IMG/VR virus record: IMGVR_UViG_3300025429_000005
Location: 1 to 36,342 of that record
Length of the DNA: 36,342 nt
Direction: 5' to 3' (one strand)
Source: a virus
Lineage: Duplodnaviria; Caudoviricetes
Shown: positions 26,818 to 35,022 of the stretch, one piece after another
Position numbering within the stretch: the stretch's first letter is position 1
Layout: every line of letters begins with the position of its first letter
Position numbers and translations under genes: made by a program
Notes under the pieces: generated by a model
Databases searched by the model: none
Seen by the model: only the letters and a program-made list of their open reading frames with translations
Told to the model about the DNA's origin: nothing

Positions 26818-27219
26818 TTAACTCCTTTCCAATTGTTCGTCAAGTGTTTGTTGTGAATAATCGTATTTATTTACTAATCCAATTTTTAATTTAATCTGAC
26901 CATTAACCACTTCTAATTGGTTTTTTCTCTCAACCACTGGTCTAGCATCCTTGCGATATTGCACAAATTTAGTGTTATCTCTGTTTTTCATAATGGCTAC
27001 TTCACCATTTTTCCATTCTTGATATGCTTTACTGACTCGTTTTTGTACAGCAATCGTCATAGGATGGGTTTCATTCTCAAATACTTCTCGCAGATGCCAC
27101 TCGTCATAACCCGTTAGTTCAGCAAAGAGTTTTTTACTGATACCACGTTGCGGATCCTTATAAAATCGTTTCATGATGCGCATGAGTTCCCGTTGGGGGA
27201 TAGTCCTATACTTTTCCAT
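26818..27219 (-). CDS. Hypothetical protein, possible HTH
   Basis: GISKKLFAELTGY...LREVF resembles an XRE-type HTH. Confidence 0.5.
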   Translation of the reverse strand: MEKYRTIPQRELMRIMKRFYKDPQRGISKKLFAELTGYDEWHLREVFENETHPMTIAVQKRVSKAYQEWKNGEVAIMKNRDNTKFVQYRKDARPVVERKNQLEVVNGQIKLKIGLVNKYDYSQQTLDEQLERS

Positions 27220-27233
27220 AATTTGATTGCTTT

Positions 27234-29003
27234 CTAAACTTTAGAACCATAGACACCTATCTTTTTTAAATAATCACTCACATTTCTACCGACTGTGAGT
27301 TGTTCAGGAGTAAAATCATCTTGAATACGGCTGATATTACGGGTAATCTTTTGCGCAATTAAACGAGGTTGCACTTGTTCGGCAAAGGCAGCACATGCTA
27401 AAGCAGCTGCAATTACACGGTCATCTTTATTCCGACCAGCTGCGTAAATACCGCCATCCTCACGCACCATTGTTTTCATTTCCTCAATGGTATCCATATC
27501 CACAATTTCTAACATCTGACGTTCAAAATAATCTTTCATGTAGGTGAGCATCCTCTCTTTGGTTGCACTTGTCGTTAACCAACCAATGCTATTGGATACA
27601 CCACCGAGTGTGTCATTCCTACGCCAGATATAGTTTTGCATGTTGCCGTAGACATCAAGCAAGTCTTTACCGAGTGCAGTCCCCATACTGGCTGCTTGAC
27701 GCTTGAGATTACGCAATTCGTTAATCACGGCTTGACCAGGACCATTTACTTCTAAGTTTAAAGTAGAGTTTTTGTATGCACCTGCTAGGTGAGCAATAAT
27801 CCATGCAAATTGGTAGGTATTGAGCTCACTGGTGGCAAAGCATGCGACTTGTTCTAAACCGTCTGCATAGCACCTAAAGACTTGAATACAGAATCTATCC
27901 GCCCAGTCTGAGCTACCGTAAGCAGGATCAGCACCAATAACGTAATACGCAGTATCTACGGGTTCTTCCCACACCTTTAAAGAGGCAAGCCTCTCCGTAG
28001 ATTTAATAACATTAGTGTCTTGAAAGTTAGCACCAAAAGAATAACGGTAATAATCGCAACTGCGCTTCTTAAGGGCTTTTACCGCATCGGTACACCGTGC
28101 ATTACTAAAGAATGACGTACCCGTCATGATAAAGGCATAATCTTCAGTAGGAGGAAACTCTTGATACATGAGTGCATCATCTTTAATGCCTTCGGTCATC
28201 TTCCATCGCCACCACGCTAACTGTCTTGAATTAATTTCAAAGTTATACAGTTTTTTAATATCCCGTACCCATTCTTTTTCCTCACCCGTCATCTTGCCAT
28301 CCCAATAGACTTTATAGACTTGTGAGTTAGGATCAGCCATGTAGAGTTCATTGCGCCACCAGCCGCAAAAAATGGCTCTCTGAGTCCTCGCACGTTTGGC
28401 AGTGACGTACATATCATGAAACATATTAAAACCTCTGGCGGTACTCTCAAACGTGTATAAACGATTAGGATTGGTTTCAGCAAGGGAGGCTAATAAAGAT
28501 GCCAAGCCTTCTTCGTCACCCCAAGAACTCGTTTCTGTTCCGTGTAGAAAGGTAATCGCCTTGCCACGACCAAGACTTCCTTTTGCTCTAAGCCCAGCAA
28601 CTTGATAAAACAAACGAGATCGGTTTTTGAGAGAAAGCTGATTCCTGTTATGGGCAAGGAGTGGGATTTTGTATTCTTTGGGTAAGCCATCCATGTACAT
28701 ACTAAGGGTGGTTCTAAACATGTCCCTATTTTCTTCTGTATCTGTCGTGAGTGTTCCTTGCAATCCTGGATGAATGAAGTGCCAGTACAAGTCAAGGGCA
28801 AGTGATATGGTTGTGATTCCAAGTTGTCTACCTTTTAAAATAACAAAGAAATGTACATCATCTTGCAAACCTTTTGCAATTTCATTCATCACATAGGTTT
28901 GCGTACCCAAGAGATTGTCCATCTTGCGCAAGCCCTGCTCTTTGGTTTCTATCTTGAGCTGTTTACAAAAGTGATAGAAATTCGGTAAATTAAAACTACT
29001 CAT
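27234..29003 (-). CDS. terL: Terminase large subunit
   Basis: Walker A VILKGRQLGITT, Walker B-like FLHGTE, motif III ESTARG, nuclease IGADPAYG and KDDRVIA. Confidence 0.9.
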   Translation of the reverse strand: MSSFNLPNFYHFCKQLKIETKEQGLRKMDNLLGTQTYVMNEIAKGLQDDVHFFVILKGRQLGITTISLALDLYWHFIHPGLQGTLTTDTEENRDMFRTTLSMYMDGLPKEYKIPLLAHNRNQLSLKNRSRLFYQVAGLRAKGSLGRGKAITFLHGTETSSWGDEEGLASLLASLAETNPNRLYTFESTARGFNMFHDMYVTAKRARTQRAIFCGWWRNELYMADPNSQVYKVYWDGKMTGEEKEWVRDIKKLYNFEINSRQLAWWRWKMTEGIKDDALMYQEFPPTEDYAFIMTGTSFFSNARCTDAVKALKKRSCDYYRYSFGANFQDTNVIKSTERLASLKVWEEPVDTAYYVIGADPAYGSSDWADRFCIQVFRCYADGLEQVACFATSELNTYQFAWIIAHLAGAYKNSTLNLEVNGPGQAVINELRNLKRQAASMGTALGKDLLDVYGNMQNYIWRRNDTLGGVSNSIGWLTTSATKERMLTYMKDYFERQMLEIVDMDTIEEMKTMVREDGGIYAAGRNKDDRVIAAALACAAFAEQVQPRLIAQKITRNISRIQDDFTPEQLTVGRNVSDYLKKIGVYGSKV

Positions 29004-29257
29004 TTTCTTCTCGATTCCGTTCCATTCGCAACCTTAGCCCTCATGACTTTATCCTGCGCACATTTGACTAAATCTTTCACCATACCCTCAGTGTAAGCAA
29101 GCTTCCACTTGTCGTATAGCTTTTGTCTATCTTTTTTTGTTTGGCAGGAAATGACATTCCTCATCTCTTGTTGAAATATCCGTCTACTGTTCTCCAACTC
29201 ATTCTTCCAGACCTCCTCAATCCCCTCTGGCTTAATGTATGGCATCCCCGTCATCAA
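29000..29257 (-). CDS. Hypothetical protein (85 aa)
   Basis: ATGA overlap with terL; operon order. Confidence 0.6.
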   Translation of the reverse strand: MMTGMPYIKPEGIEEVWKNELENSRRIFQQEMRNVISCQTKKDRQKLYDKWKLAYTEGMVKDLVKCAQDKVMRAKVANGTESRRK

Positions 29258-29453
29258 ACTCCAACAATTCTCTTAAACGATTAATCTCATTCTGCGCAAT
29301 CGTCAATAATCTCGAACTCTCACCATGCACACGCATCAACTCATGAAAAATCTGATCCTTATTCATCGCCCAGACACGTTGCATATACGCCTTCTTCGCA
29401 TCATCCGCAGCTACCTCAATTAACTTCTCAACCCCATTTATACCGTTCTCCAT
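29232..29453 (-). CDS. Hypothetical coiled-coil protein (73 aa)
   Basis: Operon order; heptad pattern. Confidence 0.55.
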   Translation of the reverse strand: MENGINGVEKLIEVAADDAKKAYMQRVWAMNKDQIFHELMRVHGESSRLLTIAQNEINRLRELLEFDDGDAIH

Positions 29454-29656
29454 ACCCGTACCCCTTTCCCCTCAACCCGAGCAATAAATTTCTTCTTTAA
29501 TAACTTACTCATCCTGTAATTGTTATTACACATGACAGTAATCTTCCCACCATCTACAAAAAAACTATCCCCTATATCCATCTCTCTATATGGATAACTA
29601 TGTCTTGTCCTCTCTGCTGGTAAATCAATATCTTTCTCTATCACAATATTTGTCAT
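29438..29656 (-). CDS. Small putative nucleic-acid-binding phage protein
   Basis: YPYxxMxxGDSFFV...GVRVWR motif; AGGAG RBS; first gene of the minus-strand unit. Confidence 0.65.
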   Translation of the reverse strand: MTNIVIEKDIDLPAERTRHSYPYREMDIGDSFFVDGGKITVMCNNNYRMSKLLKKKFIARVEGKGVRVWRTV

Positions 29657-30146
29657 CTATTTCTCTCCTATTCCTTAATTAACTAAATCATACACGAATT
29701 TAGAAACAGAAAAACACGATTTTTTTTTGGGGGGAACTTGGTATGGGGCACTCACCTCACCGACTCCTGCCCATTTTGAAAATCCAAACTTGAATTATAG
29801 AATTTATATCTTTCTATCTACCCTAGAATCCCTATTGAAATCAATAGGATACGTTGTATTAGTCTAGATCATAGGTAAGTAGATTGTCCATTGTCCCTTT
29901 TATGGATTCTATGAGGGGGGAAGTGTGACTATCTCACTAAACTTATGTCAGTCTAAGTTTGATCCTAATAGACTAAATAGATAATTACTATCAAACTAAT
30001 TAGTCTATAGATATATATTATAGACTATAGACTAAAAAAATAAAAAATAATTTAAAAAACTATTTACATAAAGCAATTAATCATATATATTTATAGACAT
30101 ATAGTTAAACTATATATTTAATCCTAACCTAGAAAGTGAGTATTTT
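29657..30146. promoter_or_regulatory. Divergent control region between the late (minus) and early (plus) units
   Basis: 490-bp non-coding AT-rich gap where strand polarity switches; palindromes at 29831-29848 and 30001-30027. Confidence 0.75.
30063..30091 (+). promoter_or_regulatory. Sigma70-type early promoter
   Basis: TTTACA-17 nt-TATATT with upstream A-tracts (about 30034-30059, UP-element-like). Confidence 0.55.
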
Positions 30147-30401
30147 ATGATTGCAATACAAACAAAATTTATAGCGCCTACAAACCATAGAGGTGCGCGA
30201 ATCAAAGCGTTTACATCGTCTGGCTTCAGTGCAACGATTGCTTATCCATATTCAAGCGGTGATGAATCAAGCCATTTTGAAGCTGTTAAAGAGCTGGTTA
30301 AGAAAAATAACCTCAATTGGAATTTAGAGGGTATGACATATGGCGGAATTGAGAACGGCTACGTCTTTTGTTTTCCTCATTCAATTGTGAAAGGTGCGTA
30401 A
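30147..30401 (+). CDS. Early hypothetical protein
   Basis: AIQTKFIAPTNxRGARIKA N-terminal motif; first gene after the promoter. Confidence 0.75.
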   Translation: MIAIQTKFIAPTNHRGARIKAFTSSGFSATIAYPYSSGDESSHFEAVKELVKKNNLNWNLEGMTYGGIENGYVFCFPHSIVKGA

Positions 30402-30571
30402 TGTTTATGACATCACTAAAAACAACCGCTTCATGGGTAATCGTTGATATTGAAACTAAGAAACCCATATTTGAAACATTTAGCAAAAAGATAGCCAGTA
30501 GCGTTAACACAAAAAAATATAAGGCTGTTCCTATTCTTAAATATCTTCAATCATTAAACAACAAGGGCTAA
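30401..30571 (+). CDS. Early hypothetical protein (56 aa)
   Basis: TAATG overlap at 30399-30403; AAGGT RBS. Confidence 0.65.
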   Translation: MFMTSLKTTASWVIVDIETKKPIFETFSKKIASSVNTKKYKAVPILKYLQSLNNKG

Positions 30572-30574
30572 ATC

Positions 30575-30715
30575 ATGTGGAATACAAAAATATTTAAAAC
30601 AAAAGCTGCAATGAATCAATGGATTGAGAAAAACAATCATAAGCATCAATGTTATGAAATATTTGTAAACAATGCTTACGGCGTTGAATACAAACCATTA
30701 ATAAAATTTTATTAA
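30575..30715 (+). CDS. Unannotated early protein (46 aa)
   Basis: MWNTKIFKTKAAMNQWIEKNNHKHQCYEIFVNNAYGVEYKPLIKFY; AAGGG upstream. Confidence 0.65.
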   Translation: MWNTKIFKTKAAMNQWIEKNNHKHQCYEIFVNNAYGVEYKPLIKFY

Positions 30716-30800
30716 ATACTGTAAGCATTTAGAGGGTTTTAATAGCCCTCTAAGTGATTACTATTTGAGTAATCATAACCTAACTTATGGAGCTTTAAAC

Positions 30801-31019
30801 ATGTCATTACTTCAAGAAATGCAAAAATTCGGGCTTGCAAAATGTAAGCAAAATGAAAAATACTTTCCTAAAGAAATCTCTCAATTTACAGCGGATCTCT
30901 GGTTATCTCAAAACACGATCAAAATTACGGAATACGGTAATGAAAATACATATTATGTTGATCAATTCGATCAAGAATATTTTTGTAAGAATTATCCAGA
31001 TCAATACGGAAAGGTTTAA
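30801..31019 (+). CDS. Early hypothetical protein (72 aa)
   Basis: ATG 30801 preceded by GGAG and AACCTAACTT. Confidence 0.7.
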   Translation: MSLLQEMQKFGLAKCKQNEKYFPKEISQFTADLWLSQNTIKITEYGNENTYYVDQFDQEYFCKNYPDQYGKV

Positions 31020-31021
31020 AA

Positions 31022-31237
31022 ATGTATATACCTAATCACATCATAGAAAATGCAATAGATCTCATTATCAATACAAGGGATTTTTGCGGTAATGAAAAGC
31101 AGGCAATTAAAGATTTTTGTCATGATGAAAAAATTGAGGATTGGAAAAAAGTTTACTCAATTGCTAATTTTCGGGCTAATGCTAAGTGGAATCAATTTAA
31201 AAAAGACGCTGGCGTTAATCCAAAATATACGTTTTAA
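31022..31237 (+). CDS. Early hypothetical protein (71 aa)
   Basis: AAGGT RBS; starts 2 nt after the previous stop. Confidence 0.7.
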   Translation: MYIPNHIIENAIDLIINTRDFCGNEKQAIKDFCHDEKIEDWKKVYSIANFRANAKWNQFKKDAGVNPKYTF

Positions 31238-31251
31238 GGCGTTTTCTTAAT

Positions 31252-31282
31252 AGATTAGGGGTTAGTATTCCCCTAGTCTTTT
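31252..31282 (+). terminator. Possible intrinsic terminator or processing hairpin
   Basis: AGATTAGGGG / CCCCTAGTCT 10-bp stem (one G-U pair) followed by a short T run. Confidence 0.5.
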
Positions 31283-31347
31283 AAATTGATTCTAGCTACC
31301 TTAAAACACGTTTAAACATCATTTTAACTTTAATCAGGAGTATTACT

Positions 31348-31524
31348 ATGAAGAATTATGCTAAACAAGAATTTCTCAAGAAACCTATGAGGTCAAAATT
31401 TCCCGCGCGCGTGGGCATGAAGGTAAATATTCAAAATCCTAAGTTATCCAGAGAAGAAATATTAGAAATGATTATCTCGATTCTTAGCCTGGTGATCATT
31501 TTTGGATTCTTGGCTATGGCTTAA
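31348..31524 (+). CDS. Unannotated 58-aa protein: basic N-terminus, C-terminal TM helix
   Basis: AGGAG RBS; MKNYAKQEFLKKPMRSKF...MIISILSLVIIFGFLAMA. Confidence 0.65.
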   Translation: MKNYAKQEFLKKPMRSKFPARVGMKVNIQNPKLSREEILEMIISILSLVIIFGFLAMA

Positions 31525-31844
31525 AACCCCTATGAAAAACCCCATCTATATATTATATATATCTATAGACTATTTTTCGTATTCTAGAATACGTATACTA
31601 TACGTTTAGAATATATCATACGAAGTATGATATAACTATAAACTATTTCTAGTAGACGTAGATTTCTAATATACGATAGTCTAATTTAATAGAAATAGGT
31701 TTTATATAGATTACGTATACTAGATTACGTATTCTAGTAATAGACTAAATCTAGTAATAGACTTGTAATATATTTAGATGTATAGTAGTCTAGTCGTATA
31801 GTTGTAGAAGTAGAAAATTAACCTAACTTAAAGAGGAGTATCAA
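31525..31844. other. AT-rich, palindrome- and direct-repeat-dense non-coding region; candidate replication origin and promoter
   Basis: 16-bp palindrome at 31578-31593; 10-bp hairpin at 31612-31634; direct repeats at 31707/31721 and 31733/31750; TAGACT-17-TATAGT at 31758-31786. Confidence 0.55.
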
Positions 31845-32072
31845 ATGAAATTTTGCAAAGATTGTAAGCATTTCAATAAGTCGGATAAGACGTGTAATAA
31901 CCCTAATGTTCCCCGTGATATGGTGTCTGGAGAACGTGAAACATGGACAGCCATTCATTCTCGTTTAAGACCGCTTACAGGTTGTGGAGAGGAAGCCAAA
32001 TGGTTCGAGGAACTCGTAGATCTTGATGACTACACCAGCTCATTATTCAATCGTGTAGGAGTTTCATCATGA
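31845..32072 (+). CDS. Small Cys-containing (probably Zn-binding) protein
   Basis: FCKDCKHF...C...CGEEAKWF; GAGGAG RBS. Confidence 0.75.
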   Translation: MKFCKDCKHFNKSDKTCNNPNVPRDMVSGERETWTAIHSRLRPLTGCGEEAKWFEELVDLDDYTSSLFNRVGVSS

Positions 32073-32236
32073 CTGATTTAAATTTAGAACTCGACAATAT
32101 GAAAGTATCCATTTTAGAAATGGAGAACGATCGTCTTAAACTTGAGAAGGAAGAATTAGAGTCCGAGATCGGTAAATTAGAAGATGAGAACGAACATTTA
32201 AAAGAAATCATTAAATCTTTAGCGGAGGTCCTATGA
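32069..32236 (+). CDS. Unannotated 55-aa acidic coiled-coil protein
   Basis: MTDLNLELDNMKVSILEMENDRLKLEKEELESEIGKLEDENEHLKEIIKSLAEVL; AGGAG RBS; ATGA overlaps at both ends. Confidence 0.75.
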   Translation: MTDLNLELDNMKVSILEMENDRLKLEKEELESEIGKLEDENEHLKEIIKSLAEVL

Positions 32237-33135
32237 GTAACGATAGAAACGATTTTGAGCCAGCAATACGCAATGCTGCTTGGTGGGCTAGTGATACACG
32301 TCAAGCCATCAAAGGAAACGCCCTACAGACTGTTTTAATCAAACAAGGTAAACTTTCGCCTCCTGATCTCTCGGAGATTGAAGCAGTTCAAATGGGACAT
32401 GTGATGCAACCCGTTATTGGTAGACTAACACAAGACAGATTAAAGATGGAGTTAAAAGATGCCGACTACATGCTCACGCATTCTAAAGAGAACTGGTTTA
32501 GGTCTCATTTTGATTTTATTACTGCTGATGGTAGCGCACTTGTTGAAGCCAAAAACTATAATGCTGCTGTTCGTTCTCAGTTTGATCCTGATACCAATAG
32601 GATTCCATCTGTAGACTATGCACAATTAGTCCATGAGGCAGCTGTTCACAATGTATCTAAAGTTTACCTTGCTGTTCTCTTTGGTGGGCAAGAGTTTCAT
32701 ACCTTTGAGTTTGATATATCGGAAGCAGAAAAATCCGAGTTAATCAAAAATATGGCGGTATTCTGGGCGCATGTGCAAACAGGAACAGCTCCAGAGCCGA
32801 GAAACATTGAAGATACGAAATTACTCTATCCTCAATCGACAGATGGTGTCACCTTTGCAACCCAAGACATTGAAAACATGGTCCATGATCTTAAAGCACT
32901 TAAACAAAAGATTAAGGAATATGAATCTATTGGGGAACAATGGGAATTAGCTATTAGGAACGCAATAGGAGAGAATCAGGAGCTGCGCACCTTTGATGGT
33001 AATACCTTAGTGACATGGAGATCCTCGAAAGCCTCTATGCGCTTTTCTAGCGATTTATTCAAGCAAGCTATGCCAGACATCTATGACAAGTTTGTCATCG
33101 AACAACCAGGTTCTAGGAGGTTCTTAATCAAATGA
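32233..33135 (+). CDS. YqaJ-like / lambda-exonuclease-family recombination nuclease
   Basis: ASD, MGHVMQP, HFDF...LVEAK (PD-D/ExK), AQLVH, YLAVLFGG; C-terminal VTWR...PGSRRFLIK. Confidence 0.85.
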   Translation: MSNDRNDFEPAIRNAAWWASDTRQAIKGNALQTVLIKQGKLSPPDLSEIEAVQMGHVMQPVIGRLTQDRLKMELKDADYMLTHSKENWFRSHFDFITADGSALVEAKNYNAAVRSQFDPDTNRIPSVDYAQLVHEAAVHNVSKVYLAVLFGGQEFHTFEFDISEAEKSELIKNMAVFWAHVQTGTAPEPRNIEDTKLLYPQSTDGVTFATQDIENMVHDLKALKQKIKEYESIGEQWELAIRNAIGENQELRTFDGNTLVTWRSSKASMRFSSDLFKQAMPDIYDKFVIEQPGSRRFLIK

Positions 33136-33449
33136 AACACAAACACGCAGAATTAATACACGCTTGGGCAGATGGTGCAAAGATTCAATATAGAAATATT
33201 TATGCCAAGTCAGGTGAATGGAGTGATTGGATGGAGTTTTTCAATGTTTGGCAAGAAAGCGAAAGTGTTGAATATCGCATTAAACCTGAGCCAAAGCCTG
33301 ATGTTGTAGCTTATTTATCAAAAGAATTTCACTCGACGTTAAATGGTTTTGCATGGCACGAATCTACTTATCAATTCCATACTTCACTTTTAAAAATTAC
33401 ATTTGATGGCGAAACAAGCAAACTTAAAAGTGCAGAGGTATTGAAATGA
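33132..33449 (+). CDS. Hypothetical phage protein
   Basis: HKHAELIHAWADGAKIQ...EYRIKPEPKPD pattern; ATGA coupling. Confidence 0.75.
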   Translation: MKHKHAELIHAWADGAKIQYRNIYAKSGEWSDWMEFFNVWQESESVEYRIKPEPKPDVVAYLSKEFHSTLNGFAWHESTYQFHTSLLKITFDGETSKLKSAEVLK

Positions 33450-33532
33450 ATAATATTGATATAGCAATATGGGTGATGACTGCCAGCTCAGTCATAGACA
33501 CTATCCTAACTTTAATTGAGAGGTTCTTATGA
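33446..33532 (+). CDS. Unannotated 28-aa hydrophobic peptide
   Basis: MNNIDIAIWVMTASSVIDTILTLIERFL; GAGGT RBS; ATGA overlaps at both ends. Confidence 0.55.
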   Translation: MNNIDIAIWVMTASSVIDTILTLIERFL

Positions 33533-34362
33533 GTAATATTGTCAGTTTTAATGATATGCAGAGTATGGCGGAAGCCATAGCCAAGTCTGGTTTGTTTGGT
33601 ATGAAAGACACTAACTCTGTTCTTGCTTTAATGGCGGTTGCACAGGCAGAAGGATTGCACCCCGCAACAGCTGCTAGAGATTTCCACATCATTCAAGGTA
33701 GACCAGCATTGAAAGCAGATGCTATGCTTGCAAGGTTTCAAAATGCTGGAGGAAAAGTAGACTGGACTATCTACACAGATGAGGTTGTGACAGGACTCTT
33801 TACGCACCCTAACGGTGGTTCTTTGTCTGTGACTTGGACGATTGAACAAGCCAATAAAATTGGTTTAGTCAAGCCTGGCAGTGGTTGGCAAAAGTTTCCA
33901 AGAGCTATGCTCAGAAGTCGTTGCATTAGTGAGGGAATACGATCTGTTTTTCCTGGCAGTGTGACAGGATTCTATTCACCAGAGGAAGTGCAAGACTTTG
34001 ATGATAAACCGATTGAAAGAGATATAACACCGAAGAAAGCGCCTACTGTTGTCTTGCAAGGAAATGAACCCGTAGTCTTGGAAGAAACACCATTACTCAA
34101 GACAATACCTTTGTATATTCCGAATCAGTCAGAACCTTATGCTAAGTATTTAAGTAAAGAAGATTGGGTTGCAGGATTTCTCGACATGTTTAGGAAAATC
34201 AAGGTAAACGAGAAATTGACAGAAGATGAGAAATACCAAAAGTATGAATCATTTAGAGAAGTCAATACAGAGTTTTTAGGCAGCTTAGATTCTCTTTCAA
34301 CAGCAAATATTCTCGCAGGTATGAACAAAATCAATAAGGAAATTCAACATGAACAGTCATAA
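33529..34362 (+). CDS. RecT/Red-beta-like single-strand annealing protein
   Basis: AEGLHP...HIIQGRPAL, WQKFPRAML.SRCIS..IRSVFP, GFYSPEE; close to the YqaJ nuclease. Confidence 0.75.
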   Translation: MSNIVSFNDMQSMAEAIAKSGLFGMKDTNSVLALMAVAQAEGLHPATAARDFHIIQGRPALKADAMLARFQNAGGKVDWTIYTDEVVTGLFTHPNGGSLSVTWTIEQANKIGLVKPGSGWQKFPRAMLRSRCISEGIRSVFPGSVTGFYSPEEVQDFDDKPIERDITPKKAPTVVLQGNEPVVLEETPLLKTIPLYIPNQSEPYAKYLSKEDWVAGFLDMFRKIKVNEKLTEDEKYQKYESFREVNTEFLGSLDSLSTANILAGMNKINKEIQHEQS

Positions 34363-34606
34363 ACCTATGCTCGGTAAAGGCGTATTATTCCAAAACAAAA
34401 AGACACAAGAAAAGTCACCAGACTATAAAGGCATGATTACCCTTGCTAAAGACTATAAGGCAGGATCAGAACTTAAAATAGCAGGTTGGCTTAAGATTAC
34501 ACAAGGTGGTAACTTGATCAGCTTGAGTGAGGACTCTTATGTGGCTAAGAATAATGAGCCATATCCAAGAGAGTTAAATAAAATGGATGATGACGTGCCA
34601 TTCTAA
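34349..34606 (+). CDS. Small SSB-like protein with acidic DDDVPF tail
   Basis: GVLFxNK...PDYKG...IAGW...SLS; C-terminus resembles the bacterial SSB tail. Confidence 0.65.
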   Translation: MNSHKPMLGKGVLFQNKKTQEKSPDYKGMITLAKDYKAGSELKIAGWLKITQGGNLISLSEDSYVAKNNEPYPRELNKMDDDVPF

Positions 34607-34983
34607 TGATTGTATTAAAACTACCTTATCCGCCTAGTATCAATGTTTATTGGTTAGCGTCAGGACACAGACGTTATATCAGTAAACGAGGTATGCTGTT
34701 TAAGCAAGCAGTTGCAGACTATGTGCAAGAATACAATACGCCTAAATTGGGAGATGCTAAAGTAGAAGTATTTATTTACATTTATCCAAGATCAAAGAAG
34801 TTAATGGATATTGATAATTGTGCGAAGCCCGTTTTGGATGCTTGTCAGGATGCTGGAATCTTTGATGATGATGTGCAAGTGGAAGCACTACACGTTTATC
34901 GTGGTAGACCAAGAAAAGGCGGAGGAGTAACAGTTTTAATTGATGAACTCACCAGAGTAGCTACTGAAACCCAGTTGGGTTGA
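34606..34983 (+). CDS. rusA: RusA-family Holliday junction resolvase
   Basis: LPYPPSxNxYW, DIDNxxKxxxDA...AG..DDD..V catalytic motif. Confidence 0.9.
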   Translation: MIVLKLPYPPSINVYWLASGHRRYISKRGMLFKQAVADYVQEYNTPKLGDAKVEVFIYIYPRSKKLMDIDNCAKPVLDACQDAGIFDDDVQVEALHVYRGRPRKGGGVTVLIDELTRVATETQLG

Positions 34984-34989
34984 GTTAGG

Positions 34990-35022
34990 AAGGTGCGCTG
35001 CACACCTTTAGCTACATGCAGC
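34990..35022 (+). promoter_or_regulatory. Predicted H-type RNA pseudoknot in the rusA-wHTH intergenic leader
   Basis: Stem 1 AAGGUG/CACCUU, stem 2 GCUGCA/UGCAGC, all Watson-Crick. Confidence 0.6.

Noticed and set aside
28525-28555. Non-canonical terminase Walker B (LHGTE rather than hhhhDE)
   Set aside because: Ser/Thr-Glu variants occur in other large terminases, and all other motifs are intact.
31525-31844. TAG-recoded gene hidden in the TAG-rich gap (alternative genetic code)
   Set aside because: The rest of the genome is densely coding under the standard code and some genes end in TAG. The TAGs here belong to palindromic repeats on both strands.
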